From Piromyces finnis finn (Eukaryota; Fungi; Neocallimastigomycota): 64,000 bases of DNA. Positions 1-13,642 of this stretch are shown piece by piece. The notes under the pieces are model-generated. The model searched no databases and was not told the origin of the DNA. It saw only the letters and a list, made by a program, of their open reading frames with translations. Position numbers and translations under genes: made by a program. Within the stretch, counting starts at the first letter, position 1, and every line of letters starts with the position of its first letter. Location: assembly GCA_002104945.1 (NCBI GenBank), contig MCFH01000024.1, positions 1-64,000 on the forward strand. Direction: 5' to 3'.

Positions 1-805
1 TCCCCTTTTTTTGTTCTTGATGTTTTTCCTGCTTCTTTTTCGATATTATTTACTCTGTTCTATGCTATTCTCGTTTTATTTTTTTCTTGTTCCTGCTTCT
101 CTTGTTGTTGTTATGACTCTTGTTTTTTTATAGTAGTTCTTTTCTTCCTTTTTTATTACCTCCACAATTACTAGTTACTGATGTGTCTTGTATTCTCCAT
201 TATTTATTTTCAATTAACATCCCATGTTCTTTTATATAAGGCAATACCATATTTAATAAATTATTATAATCGTTAGCTCTAGATTTTTCTTCAATTTGGT
301 TTATAGCATCTTCACATTCCTTTAAAGACAGATTTTGATAAAAATTCTTATCTTCTTTTTCTTCCTCTTCATTAATTTATTTTTCATGTATTTTTTTATT
401 TTTTTTTTAAAATCTTAACTTTAATTAAAATATATTTTTTTCTTTATTATTAAAATACTTTCCAATAGGAAATCCGAAATCATATCTGCCATATCCACTA
501 TTTTAACATATTCATATTACTTTTAATGATTCGATTTAACATACTATTTTTATATTTTTTAATTTGACTTAAATTTTCATTTTTTTTTCAGTTAATTTGG
601 GTTTAAGATGTTCAATAGTGTATTTGTAATCTTTAGATTCTTCATCTTTAAAATTTAAATAAAGAACAGGATATTTATAAAATCCTCTCATGCTTTTTCT
701 ATTTTTAGAAACTTCTAAACTATCAAATAAATCATTTCTTAAATTTTTTCTATTAATAGGCCTTTCAAAGAATTCTTGAATCATTTTTAAATTAAAACTT
801 TTATT
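1..805 (-). pseudogene. AAA-ATPase-like / PD-(D/E)XK nuclease pseudogene, copy 1 (internally deleted, frameshifted)
   Basis: ORF 569..844 (NLKMIQEFFERPINRKNLRNDLFDSLEVSKNRK..YPVLYLNFKDE) is homologous to ORF 12597..13484. About 240-500 reads SGYGRYDFGFP...LKECEDAINQIEEK..(frameshift)KYGIALYKRT, matching the nuclease C-terminus at 56.5-56.9 kb. Most of the middle of the gene is missing. Confidence 0.8.
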
Positions 806-1954
806 GAGGAAAAGGAATCGATACTCAGTCCTAATAAATCCCAAATGCTTTCATCAAAACTCAATGATCCTGATATTTCAACAGATGAACTTTCCAAAGA
901 ATTTACTTCAGCTGCTCTTTCAATTGAAGATGTATTAAATATTATATATTTATATGTTTTTCTTGATAATAGAAAATAAAATTTATCGTTATTATTTTTC
1001 TCACTTTTATCTTCATATGATATAAATAAAGCTTTATTAAAAAAAAATGAAAACTAAAATAATTATCAATTTTTTTTTAATTAAATAGATTTCATAATAT
1101 TTGTTTTTCATGGAAAAGCTGAATTTTTTAAATAATTTTATATTTATATTAATTATAAAATTATTATCTATATATTCATAATTATAATGATTTAAAAATT
1201 TTATAATAATTATCTTTTATTTGTTAAAGTATGATTTTATTTTTGTTTTTAAATTAAAAGTGAAGGTCGTTATTATTTCTAACCAAACTTCTAATAAATA
1301 TTAATAATAATTAAACCTTAATCATGTTTAATGATTTATAATATAATTTATGTAATATCAAGTTAAAAAATAGGTGTTAAAATAAAATATAATGAATATG
1401 CCTTGTTTAAAATTGTAGGATATTTTAAATATATTTTACTTTTCATGAAAATTCAATATTTTTACTATTTGTTATATAAATCTATTTCTTTTATAGATTA
1501 TGCAAATAATTGATAAAATTTTTATAAAAAAAAGGTAAAACTTTAAAAATAATTTTATGGCTATTTTTTCCTATAAGAAAAGTATTCAAATGGAATGTAA
1601 AAAAAAGTGAAAAAAATTTGAAAAAATTAAAATTTCAAAAAATAAAAGCATGAATTCAATTCTTTATCAACATTTCAATTATTCTTTATAAAATGGCTTT
1701 ATTAATATTTATTTTCTTGATAAAATAATATCAAAACGTTGAGTTATATCATGTGTATATCATTAAAATAATAAGTTTTTATTAATTTATGATATTTATA
1801 CATATTATATAATAATTAAATTAAAGTTTATTTTATTTAAAGCAAAAGAAAAAAAAACAAAGACATGTAATAAAACAAATAATAATATATTCTTTTTAAC
1901 TATATTTTTATCAAATTAATAATTATGTATTGAAAATTATCTATACATTTTATT

Positions 1955-1983
1955 ATTATTATTACTACTACTACTACTACTAC

Positions 1984-2016
<33 letters not shown>
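1955..2016. repeat. (ACT)n/(ATT)n compound microsatellite
   Basis: Seen directly: actactact... followed by attattatt... Confidence 0.85.
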
Positions 2017-2020
<4 letters not shown>

Positions 2021-2596
2021 TGATAAAGTTAAAATGTTAAAATATTAATTATTATTAAAAACATCTTTGAATGAAAATTATATATATATTTTATTTTCAA
2101 TCTAAAATTAAATTAAAAAACTTTTAGTTTCTTTATTTCTTTTAAAATACTTTTATTTGAATATTAATAATTCTTTTTATTATTGAACATTAATTTGCTT
2201 TTTTTAATAAGCTTTTTCAATTTTTATAATTTCTTTTTATTTAAACTTTTTTCAAGTAAAATTTTAAAAAATATTGAAATTTTTTGAAAAATTTTCAAAG
2301 TTTGAATTTTTCATTAAATTTTTTAATTAATTAATTAATTAATTATTCATCGTCCATTTAAAAAAATTTGATCTGAAAAAAAAATGCATTTGAACATTGA
2401 CACAAAAAACTTAAACTTTTTTTTAAAATTTTTACATTTTAAGAAATACTTTATTTTTTATAATTATTTTTTATTATATTTTATTTATATTTTATTTTTA
2501 AAAATAAATTATTACATGTTTTTTTTATTAATATAAATAATACAAATATATAAAACAAAAACTAAAACAAAATAAAAAATAAAAAATAATTATTAT

Positions 2597-4249
2597 TTAT
2601 ACATTAAAAGTCCATTGATCATGATCAATATATCTATTAAAATATTTATGAAATTCATGGTTTTTTATTGTTGTAGATAATATGTAAGTATTTTTATCAT
2701 CTCCTCCTGCTTTTTTTAATTCTTTTAAAATATATTTTACTTTTTGTTCTGATGATCTTTTATCAATAACAAAGAGATTTTCAATGATTTTATAGTTGTC
2801 GTTCTTCAAGGCGAAAGTATACCATTCATCTTGAAAATTGTTATAATGAAGAAATTCCTTCACCAATAATAAAAATATTTTATTTTTCTTTTCTTTTATT
2901 AATAATTTTAATATATATTGAGGTATATTTAACTTTTCAATTTTTTTAAATTTGTTTTTTAATATTTCAATAATGTAATCGAAATTTTCATACGAAAAGT
3001 TTTTTTGATGAATTAAAAATTGTATCACATTGTTGAAGGAATTGTCCTTATCCAAAAATCTATAATTAATATCCGCACCTTTAGAAATAAGAAAGGTGCA
3101 CACATCTCTTCTATTTATTAATAATGTATAAATGACTAAAGGTACTGATTCATTAATTAATGTACTTGGAATCTCATAATTGAAGTTAGTGTATGAGAAC
3201 AAGTTTATTATTTTTTTAAGTGAATCAATAGAAAATCCTGAAGTAATACAATTTGTTAATACGTCATAATCTGAAGAGTTTATATCATTTATTAATATTT
3301 CATTTTCTTGATAAAAATAAAATATTCTTTCCATATTTCCGGTCTTTATAAATTGACTTAATTCCATTCTTTTCTTAATCAAAATTTTATTCAAATATCT
3401 GTTAAGATGATTAGTATCTAATATATTATTTAAGAAAATATTTTTATACTTATAGTTAATTATGAATTCATATAATTTAAGGGAGAATCCAGGATATATT
3501 ATATCATTATTATTATCCATTATGAATTCAATTTTTTCTCTAATTGAACTTGGAATATCATAACATGAAAAAAATTTTAATTGATCAAATGAACTACAAT
3601 AAATACACCTATAGTACCATTGATATGGTACATCAAAATTTCTTTCATTAATAATTATTTTATCAAATTGATCTTTCGATATGCTTTTTTTTGATTGGTA
3701 TATTTTAAGTAATTTAATAACAAAGTTTTTATCGCACTTATATTTGATATATTTGGATGCTAAATTGAAGTTAAAACTATAATTGTAAATATAATCTTTA
3801 ATCTCCATTATATTCCAATTTTTGTTTAAAAGATATGAAAGAGTTTTAGTAGTTAGTAAATTTTTTTCAATTAATAATTTGACTATATTAATATTGTGTT
3901 GAGTAAAATTAATATCGCCCCCTTTGCTGATAATGAAATCTGCAATTTTAAAATGATTGTTAGCAATTGCAGCGTATAATGGGGACTTTATTTCACCATT
4001 TTTGAAAATGATGAACTTGTTAAGCGGATAATTCTTTTTTTCAATTAACAAATCTAAATATGCAATTGGAACATTGTATTCAATTGCAGAAATGACCTCA
4101 TCAAAATCTTTTTCCTCAATTAAATGGTTTGGTTGAATCATTTCATTTGATACTTCTATATCCTCAAATAACTCTATATCTGAAGTGTAAGAATTATTTG
4201 ACAAGATCATTGTTGAAGTTTCAGTACTATCAATTTCAAAAGATGACAT
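2597..4249 (-). CDS. Ankyrin-repeat protein, 550 aa, single ORF
   Basis: Ankyrin-like motifs KSPLYAAIANNHFKIADFIISKGGDIN and VPLVIYTLLINRRDVCTFLISKGADIN; uninterrupted ORF in very AT-rich DNA. Confidence 0.85.
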   Translation of the reverse strand: MSSFEIDSTETSTMILSNNSYTSDIELFEDIEVSNEMIQPNHLIEEKDFDEVISAIEYNVPIAYLDLLIEKKNYPLNKFIIFKNGEIKSPLYAAIANNHFKIADFIISKGGDINFTQHNINIVKLLIEKNLLTTKTLSYLLNKNWNIMEIKDYIYNYSFNFNLASKYIKYKCDKNFVIKLLKIYQSKKSISKDQFDKIIINERNFDVPYQWYYRCIYCSSFDQLKFFSCYDIPSSIREKIEFIMDNNNDIIYPGFSLKLYEFIINYKYKNIFLNNILDTNHLNRYLNKILIKKRMELSQFIKTGNMERIFYFYQENEILINDINSSDYDVLTNCITSGFSIDSLKKIINLFSYTNFNYEIPSTLINESVPLVIYTLLINRRDVCTFLISKGADINYRFLDKDNSFNNVIQFLIHQKNFSYENFDYIIEILKNKFKKIEKLNIPQYILKLLIKEKKNKIFLLLVKEFLHYNNFQDEWYTFALKNDNYKIIENLFVIDKRSSEQKVKYILKELKKAGGDDKNTYILSTTIKNHEFHKYFNRYIDHDQWTFNV

Positions 4250-5774
4250 TTTTTTTATAATTTAAATGATTTTTATTGTGATTACGTGTTTTTTAAAAAT
4301 GATAATTTATTTTGTTAAATTGTAAAAACAAGACAATAAATTTAAAAATAAAAATGATAACAACATAACTATATTTACAATAAATAACATTTTAAACTTT
4401 TTTTAATAATTAATATTCATTGATTTAATATGATTCGTTAATTAAAATATCCTTAATAAATAAAGTTGTACTTTCTTTTTTCTTATTTCTTTACAGTTTT
4501 AATTTTATTTTTTTTTTAATATTATTATAAGTTATTTAATTAATATTATAATATATAAATATTAGATATTAGATATTAGGTTTTTTTTTTAAGATATCAC
4601 ATTTTTAAATGGATCAACCATTTTTAATATTTAAATAAAAAAAAAAACTATTTTTTCAATTCAAGGATCATATTAATTAAAATTTTTTTTTAATATTTAA
4701 AAAAATTTTATAAAATATGATAATAAAATTCAATAGTTATTACCTACTATTTAAACTTATTATTTATTTTGATATTACATTTTTTTTATTAATATTAAAT
4801 TATGAACTTTTTTTTATTATAATAATTAATAATATTAAGTTCATTAATGAATTAAAATGTAGTAAAATTCTATTGTTGCCATTAATATTATCATCATTAT
4901 TTTTATTAATAGAAATTAGTATTAAAATGCCTGCCTATAAAAGAAGATAGTAAAAAATGTAGTGAAATAAAACATTAAAATATGGGATAAAAATTTTTTC
5001 CTGTTAATAGATTTTCAGAATCTATCGAATTATATATAGAAATAGAGGAAACCGTTATTTCTTTTATTATATTATTATTCTACCTAAAATTAAAATTAGT
5101 TTTTGTTGTATAAGTCATAAAAATTTTTTAAAATAGATAAACTGAGATTCATTTTTATTTTTTTTTTAAATATTAACTAAATTATAACATAGAAAAAAGA
5201 ATTGATTCACAAAAAATTATAAAATTAAAATATTATAATATCAATGTGTAATAAACAATTAATAAATTATATTTATGTATTTATATTAATTAAATAGAAT
5301 ATTGATTTATACTCTTGTTAACAAAATTACTGATGATAAAGATACATTGAATTTATATAGATCTTTATGATATAAAGCAAATTATATTTTGAATGAAATT
5401 AATATTTACCATATTATTATGGCTAATAATAAACATATTTCAAGTAGGTTGGAATATTATCCCTTGAAATTTTTTGAAACTATAAATGAAAGGGGATACA
5501 TTATAATAAATTTAAAATCTTTAGTTTTATAAATGAATTAAAAATATTTGAATATAATTATTAAGTATATATTAGATAATGTTGAACTAATATCTGTTAA
5601 TAATATATTTATATAATTTTTTTTTTTTTTGAATATGTAGTTTTTATTTATCAATAGCTATAATTTTATTAAATTACATTATATATGAAAAAAGAAAAAA
5701 GAAAAAAAAATAAAATAATAAAATATATTAAAATTAAAATGAATAAAAGAAAACCAGATAGTAAAAAAAAAAGG

Positions 5775-7345
5775 ATGAAAAGAGCTTCTAACTCTTCCCG
5801 TTCTTCGACACTGATTCATTACGAATTATTATTATTTATTATTTGATTCTATATTTGAATTTCTTTTTTGCCTTATCCTTTTCAACATCGACACTCCCAG
5901 CAACAGTTGGTCTTGTGGTATACCTAAGGTACTTATATCCACCACTCTTGCAACATGAACAGTAATTAAGACAAACTGGATCAATAAATTTAGCATATTT
6001 TGAAACTCTAGCATCCAACCTGTATCCGCTTCTTGTTTCAATAGCCAATAGAAACCATAGGCAAACTCTGGGTACTCATAACATAATTTAATAAAATTTT
6101 TAGTTTCAATAAATTTATTATCGTCATAATATTGTGCTTTGATTGAATTTCCCTTGGGATCTTTCCAATAAATGTTTTTAACTGTTTTAATATCTCCATG
6201 CTTCTTTAATTTTTTATTAAGTGCCCTACTTGATTTGTACCATGTATATTTTCTAAATTTATGAATGTAATTTGCAAAGTGTGAGATAATATAATTTGAG
6301 TTTTCCCACTTGTTAGCATAACACATGTAACCTGAGCTAATGCGCATTTGGCCGACAATGGAGGAATATTCAAATCTTTTGAAATAAAGTATAGAGATAT
6401 AAACGATACAGCCTTATAAACTCCGGCAACCCATCATATTCCTTTGTTAACATTCTTCTGAACAATCCTATACCTAGCTTTGTTGGATCCAAGTAATGGC
6501 GCAAAGTATGAAACTCTGCTGATTACTTGTGAGTTAAGTATTAGCTTTTTGAAAGAAATAGGAATATTAGGATTTCTTAAGAATTTACTGACTTAGAAAA
6601 GTCCTTTCAAAATCTTATTATTAAGAATTTTAATAACTGATTTAAGGGAGAAATTCTTATTAAATGAAACACCAAGATAAGTATAGCAATCAGTAGTTGA
6701 AATGAGTTTTCCTGCTAAATAAAATATTGGATCTTTCTTGTTCTGATTTTCTGATGATTCAGAACGAATCACCATCGTTGAACATTTCTGGATAACAAAT
6801 TCCATTTCATTATACAAAATCCATTCATTAACTCTTTTTAGCAACTTTTTTAAGCATCCTCTTGATGGAGCACAAATAACTATATCATCTGCAAAAAGTC
6901 CACCACAGCATCGAATACCTCCTAAAATAACTCCGAGATCTTTGCACTCTTTAAAAATATCATTAATAAAGAGATTAAACAGAATAGGTGAAAGTGGGCA
7001 ACCTTGACGGACTCCTTTCTTCGCATCAAAAGATTTTGAGAATTGACCATCTAATTTGAAATTAGCCTTAGATGTTAAATATAAATTTTTGATAAATTGT
7101 AAACTCTTACTTCTGATTCCTAAACATTCTAATTTATGGAGAATATTACCGATTGGGACTGAATCGTATGCTTTCTTGAGATCTAAAAAGGCTAAATAAA
7201 TATCTTTATTATCTAATTGACATCTACGACATATTTCTTGGATTGAAATGAAAAGACTGATACTTTCTTCCTTTTTACGAAATCCAAATTGTTTGAATCT
7301 AATGAAATTATTCTCAAGACCATATTCTGAAATTCTAGTGTTTAT
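5775..7345 (-). mobile_element. Degraded, 5'-truncated non-LTR retrotransposon (LINE) RT copy
   Basis: ORFs 6593..7360, 5832..6347 and 5839..6048 reconstruct RT motifs FLDLKKAYDSV, GVRQGCPLSPILFN, LFADD and a partial C-terminal Cys cluster, with stops and frameshifts. Visibly highly similar to 51312..53462. Confidence 0.93.
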
Positions 7346-8599
7346 TTCTAAGTCAAACAAACTATATACAATTAAGTTATTGTTTCATTTTTATTCACAC
7401 CAGCGGTTTTTAAATATTTCATTGTATATTAAAATATATTAAAATTGAGAATAGAATTGGATTTATTTTTATTTTTTTTTTTCTTTTACTAATATTAATT
7501 TAAAATCTTGCTATAATACTTCCTATTGTATTTTTATAATAAAACTATTATCCTATTTAAAATATTTGCCAAATTCATAATCTCTTTCACATTCATAATT
7601 TTCAAATAATTCTTTCAATACGATTTTCAATATTTTTTTTTTTCCTTTTGAATTAATAAATAATTTAATAACTTTAAATCTTAAGAATTAAAATATCTCT
7701 ATTTATGCAAATCATATATATTTAGACTGTATTGCTATTGACTATTTTATACTTTTATAATAATCATTGTTCATTTCTATTTATATATATATTATACTTT
7801 ATAATATGAGTTATATTAATATCATCATTTCATTATAAAATTGAAAAAGATAAAATGATATTTTATCCCATTTATATTTATATAAAAAGACTATTTTTAT
7901 AATGTTCAAATTCTTTCTTAAAAAAAAAATGAAAATTTATTAATAATTTAATTTTATAAAACATTTTGCCACCAATCATAGTTTAATATAGAAATATTTT
8001 TCAATAGGATGATTTTAGCTACTCTTTGATTGATGTATCATGGATCATGGATGTAACATCTAATAACTTACTACTGTAATTACATTTTATATTTAATGTT
8101 TATATGTTTTAACTTTATGGTTTAATTTTAATTATCATACTTTTACAATACTTTATTGTATTGATTTATTGTTATTTGAATTTTCAATAATTAATATATA
8201 TTATTTGACAAATACATGATAAAAAGGAAGATTACAAAAAAAAAAAAAAAAAGAGAGAGAGAATTGAGACAATTATTTCAGTATATTTATATAATAAATG
8301 TTTTGAAAATTACTGTTTTAAAAATTATTGAATTTTTAATGAAGAAATAATAATAATTTATTCAATAATATAATATTTATTTAATATACTACTTGGATAT
8401 TCATACAGTGTTATAATAAATAATTTCACAATATATATAAATGTTTTTTCTTTTTAAAGAAAAGAAAAACTAAAAGAATGTTATCAACCATTAAAATTAC
8501 AAACTTTTTAATTTTAATAATTATATATAATGGAAATGATACATAATACTAATCAATGTTTTTAATAGAGTTATTCATAAAATATTAATTATTGTTTAT

Positions 8600-9986
8600 A
8601 AATGTATTCTTTTATTATAAAAATCGCAATATTTAATTAATAGTATATGAATATATATATATTGGAAGATATTTGGCGTTGTGTAATATATGTAATAATT
8701 AAAGCAGAGTTATTTCAATACCATAATTATAAAATGATGTTTGTTATTTTTATAAATATACTTTTAAGATATTTTTAAATATTAAATTAAAAATATACGA
8801 TTTCTGGCGATCAACATGAATATGTAATAGGTCCAAAAAAAGATAATTGTTTCAATTATAACAATAGCTTTGTTAAACAATATTTTCTATAATAATAATA
8901 ATTTTATTTCAATTTTGAGTAATATTAAATGAAGTAAATTTAGACAATTCGTTTTATAACATAAAAACTGTTTTGAAAAAATATATTTGTGATAATTTAT
9001 TTATTTATAAGTAATAACAGCAATATCAATCATAAAAAATATTGAATTTACAATATCCTACCATCATTTTCATTTTATGAAAAATTATTATAAAAAATGT
9101 ATCTGTTTTCATTATGGTATAAATAAAATATTATTGTTTATAGTACAAGGAATAATAAAAGTATATTATCCATGTAAATATTGAAATCAAATAAGTTAAT
9201 CTTGTTTATTATTAAAGAGATATTAAGATGATTCCATCAACTAATCTTATAATTTTTTAATATTAATATAATTGTAAATAATTATAGATGTATAATATTT
9301 TAAATTTAGTTTTAAAGTGTATATATTTGATATTTAATAAATAATAAACATTGAATAAAAATAAATAAAATGATAATTTTATTTATTTTATATAAATAAG
9401 TAAAGTTATCTATTAAAATTATGTTAATTTTTGAGTTAATGGTACATATAAAAATATATTACCTACAGATAGTACTACAATTAAAGAAATACACATTGTG
9501 AATATTGTTATCCACAAAGTGATTTTCGTTACAATAATCATTTTCTTTTTCAAAATAATTATAATTTAATATTTCAACATAATAAATGGAATCTTACTTA
9601 CAATATTTTAAATAATGATATTTCAATAGTAAATAAAAGAGAAGAAAAGGATAAAGATAATAATACAACAATTTATATGATTATGTTATTATGTTATTAT
9701 AGTAAATATCATGAAAATGCTTTAAATTTTTATAAGGGTAATAATGTACTTGATATAAATTTTATGAATGTGAATAATCTCAATCCATTTAATACAATAG
9801 AAGGTAAAGCAAACTATATAAATGATATATTAATTAATTAACTATATGAATAACAATCCAAAATTATATCATCCATGGTTGGTTTTAGATTATTCAAGTA
9901 AGTGATTTGATACGTAAGATTCATCATAGTTCGAATTATAAATTAAATGAAAGAAGTAAATTAATTATTTAATATACACTGATTTT

Positions 9987-10023
<37 letters not shown>

Positions 10024-10700
10024 ATTATTATCAGGAAGTGATAATTTAGCTAGTCTTTAACGTAAAAGAATTGTATGATAAGCAAGGTGAATTAAAAGAA
10101 ATAATAATTTTTCAGACAAAATGATCAACATTATTCTATTGTATCATCATATGATGGTAAATGTTTAAATATTACCGATGATGATTTATATATAGATTTA
10201 TCACTACTTTCTGAAAGTATGAAATGAATATCATTACATTTTTCTCCATTACAATAATTAATTCTGATTGTTCATCTCTATTTGCACGGATAACCAAAAG
10301 TACCTAATTCACTATTTTTGAACACTTCAATTACTAATTTCATTAACAATCTTCGTTATAACAACATCTATAACCAAGATATGAAAATATAGATGAACAA
10401 GATAAATGTTCATCTTTATTATTATTTATTATCTTGGTGATTTTATTAGTGATAGGATCAATATTAAATATAACATCAATACATTTATAATTATTATATC
10501 GTGCTCAGAATTTATCGTTCTTAATAATAAATTGTTCATATTTATTATTCTTCTCACAATAATAATAATTAATATTTTAATACATAATTGTTGTTATTGT
10601 TGTGTAAAATGTTGCAAATATTACAAAAAAAAAAAAAAAAAAAAAAAAAATAATAAAGATGATAATTCATTTGTAACTAGGGTTATACTATATAATAATT
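8600..10700 (+). pseudogene. Possible decayed gene remnant (ricin-B-like segment and a hydrophobic C-terminal segment)
   Basis: Short readable pieces interrupted by stops: QNDQHYSIVSSYDGKCLNITDDDLYI (~10120-10200) and PRYENIDEQDKCSSLLLFIILVILLVIGSIL (~10375-10470). No continuous ORF. Confidence 0.25.
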
Positions 10701-12379
10701 AGAAAATTATTAAAAAATATAATTTAAAAGTTTTATAAACATTTTCTTTATTTTTTAAATGTTTCATAACTTTATAAAGCAATTTCATCCATAGCTCTAT
10801 ATAGCTTTTAAATATATATATTTTCTATACTTTTTATTTTAAACCATTCTTTTTCATTAAATTATTGTAACTCCAAAAAATAAGTACTCTTTTGGAAATA
10901 CTAATTTATTCTTTCTATAAAAAAATTATAGAGTAACTCTTGTTGATAAAAAAGAATCAAATTTTATAAGTCTGAATGGATATATATGAAAAAAATAAAT
11001 ATAAATATTTATTTGGAAATTCTTTTATTAAAATAGTTTTATTATCCTAGACGTATTGTTTAATGTAATTTTGTTAATTCCGCATTATCTATGATTGAAA
11101 TGGAATTCTTTTTATGCATAGAAAATATATTTTTATATATTTTTTACTTTTATTTTTAAAAATAAATTACTACATGTGTTTTTATTAAAAAAAAATAATA
11201 TAATATATAAAATTATAAAATAATAAAAAAAAAAAGCAACAAAAATAAATATATAAAACTGTATATTAAAGTTTTATTTGAATGGATTAAAATGAAATAT
11301 AAATATAAATAATGAAGTGTTCATATATTATTTTTAAAAAGTTAAAAAGAAATATTTAAATAATATAATCTCTTCCTTTATTAAAAAAAATCACAATAAA
11401 ACAATAATAATAATGTAGCAAGAAAGAGTATAAACTATTTTTCACGATTACAAATAATAAAATAATAAAATTAATAAAATAGTAAGCTAATACTAGTTTT
11501 ATTTAAATTTAAATTAGGAATATTTGTAAATGAGAATAAAAAAGAATGTTTAAGGAATTTAATTTTTGATTCATTTAATATTTTCTAAAGTAATAATACA
11601 AAAAAGGATTTAGGATATAATGTGGAGGATAGATAAAGAATTCCAAAAAATATATAGAAACATACCGTGAATTTCAAATGCAATTCGATATCCAGAAATT
11701 TAATTATTAAGTTTAGCAAAAAGTTATAATAAAACTACAAAAAAATTAAAAAAAAATGAGCAATATTATGAATTAAAATCGTAAAAAGATAATTTATTTT
11801 TTCCTAAATTACATTTTTATTAAAGTATTACACATTATAGATTATTTATATTTTATTACTTTTTTATTTTTAATTTTATATAAACTTTAACTATTAAGTA
11901 TATTTTAATAATAATAACATCTTCATATTTAATATTTATTTTCAACTATCTTTAAAAAAAATTCTTTATTTTAATATGTTAGAAATTAAAAAAAAAAAAA
12001 AAACATTGAGACTTTTCAAATTATTTTAGTTAAAATAGTCATTTATTTGCATATTCATTTATTAATTTATATATATTAATTTATTTATTCATTAATATAA
12101 TAATAGATTCATTCATTTATCTATTAATAAATTGATTCTTTCATTATTTTATTTAATTAATAATTCTTTTATTCAGTTATATATCATTTGATTTATTCAT
12201 TTATTTAATGATTTTGAAATAAGTAAAATTTTAAACTTTTTCATATGTCAAATTACATTTTTATCTATTAAAAAATATTAAGAATTTACCAATATTTATC
12301 AATGTATATTTAAAAATTATAGTTAATTATTAAATGGTAGAGTAATGGTTCTAATTTACTATTCAAAGATGTATATATA

Positions 12380-13600
12380 GATTATAATTTAAATTAATCA
12401 AAATATATTTTCTTTATATTCTTTCTCATCTAATAATGTTAAATATCCAGAATACAATAAAAGTAGTAATATTTCATCTTCATAATATTTATTTTCAAAA
12501 ATAAATTCGTTAAATACATTTAATATAATTATATTACCATAGAGTAAACTTAAGAAATTTCTTGTAAATAATAATTCATTTTCTTCAATAATTTTTTTAT
12601 AATACTTTGTTTTCCACTATTACACCAATAATTTTCATATTCAATTTTTTTTCCTTTTTACTACTATATTCTTTGATAAAATTCATTATGAAAAAAGGAT
12701 TATACAAATTCTTAATAGTACCTTGACCATTTGTATGGCATATATAGCCATCATATTTCTTTCGAATCATATCCCTTTGATTGTCTGTATGGGTAATGCC
12801 AAAATCAGATAAAATTTTATTTAATCCATTTTCAGTAAATCCATAACAATCATTAAAATATTGATCCTTAAGGAATGAACATTTTTGATAATTATTAAAC
12901 CCTGAATAAAAACTACTAAATTCAAGAGGTAAACATCCGGTTATTATTCCAAAATAAAGATTACCATTTCCTTTAAATGTATTTGAAAATAAAGATTTAA
13001 TAATACTGTACATTTCATCATAGTACTTCTTTTCAAAAGAATTCATAAGAGCTTTATCATACTCATCAATTAAAACAATGCATTTTCTCTTATAAAATTT
13101 TTTCAAACAGTCGCATAAAAATCTAATAGATTCTTTTAAATCTATCTCATCTTCTTTCTTATCTTCTATTTCTTTCCATTTGGTTTGTTCGTTTTTGTCT
13201 AAAATTTTGAAATCAACATTTTCTCTTTGATTTATAAATAAATCAGATATTTTGTTTTTAAGATGTTCAATAGCATCTGCATAATTATTAGAATCTTCAT
13301 CTTTAAAATTTAAATAAATAACAGGATATTTGTGAAAATCTCTCATATTTTTTCTATTTTTAGAAACTTCTAAACCATCAAATGAATCATTTCTAAGTTT
13401 CTCTCTATTAACAGGCTTTTCAAAGAATTCTTGAATCATTCTTAAATTCAAACTTTTTCCAAATCGCCTTGGCCGTACTATCAAATAAACATTTTTTTTT
13501 ATTTATTAAATTTTGTATCATTCTAGTTTTATCAACAAAATAATAATCATTAATATTAAAATTGTTATAATCTTCACCGGAATATATTTCTTATGGCATT
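12380..13600 (-). pseudogene. AAA-ATPase-like module with canonical motifs (copy 2, second module), 3'-truncated
   Basis: Reads EMP*EIYSGEDYNNFNINDYYFVDKT..VYLIVRPRRFGKSLNL (Walker A), VLIDEYD (Walker B), GIITGC and YNPFFIMNF. A frameshifted continuation LLLLYSGYLT lies at ~12440-12480. No nuclease domain is visible downstream. Confidence 0.85.
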
Positions 13601-13642
13601 TCTTTTTTTTTTTGAATTTCTCACCATAATTTATTTCATAAA

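Noticed and set aside
4717-4950. Short hydrophobic ORFs (also 10406..10702, 20442..20696, 62831..63046)
   Set aside because: Phe/Ile/Leu/Asn-rich chance ORFs typical of very AT-rich DNA; no recognisable motif.
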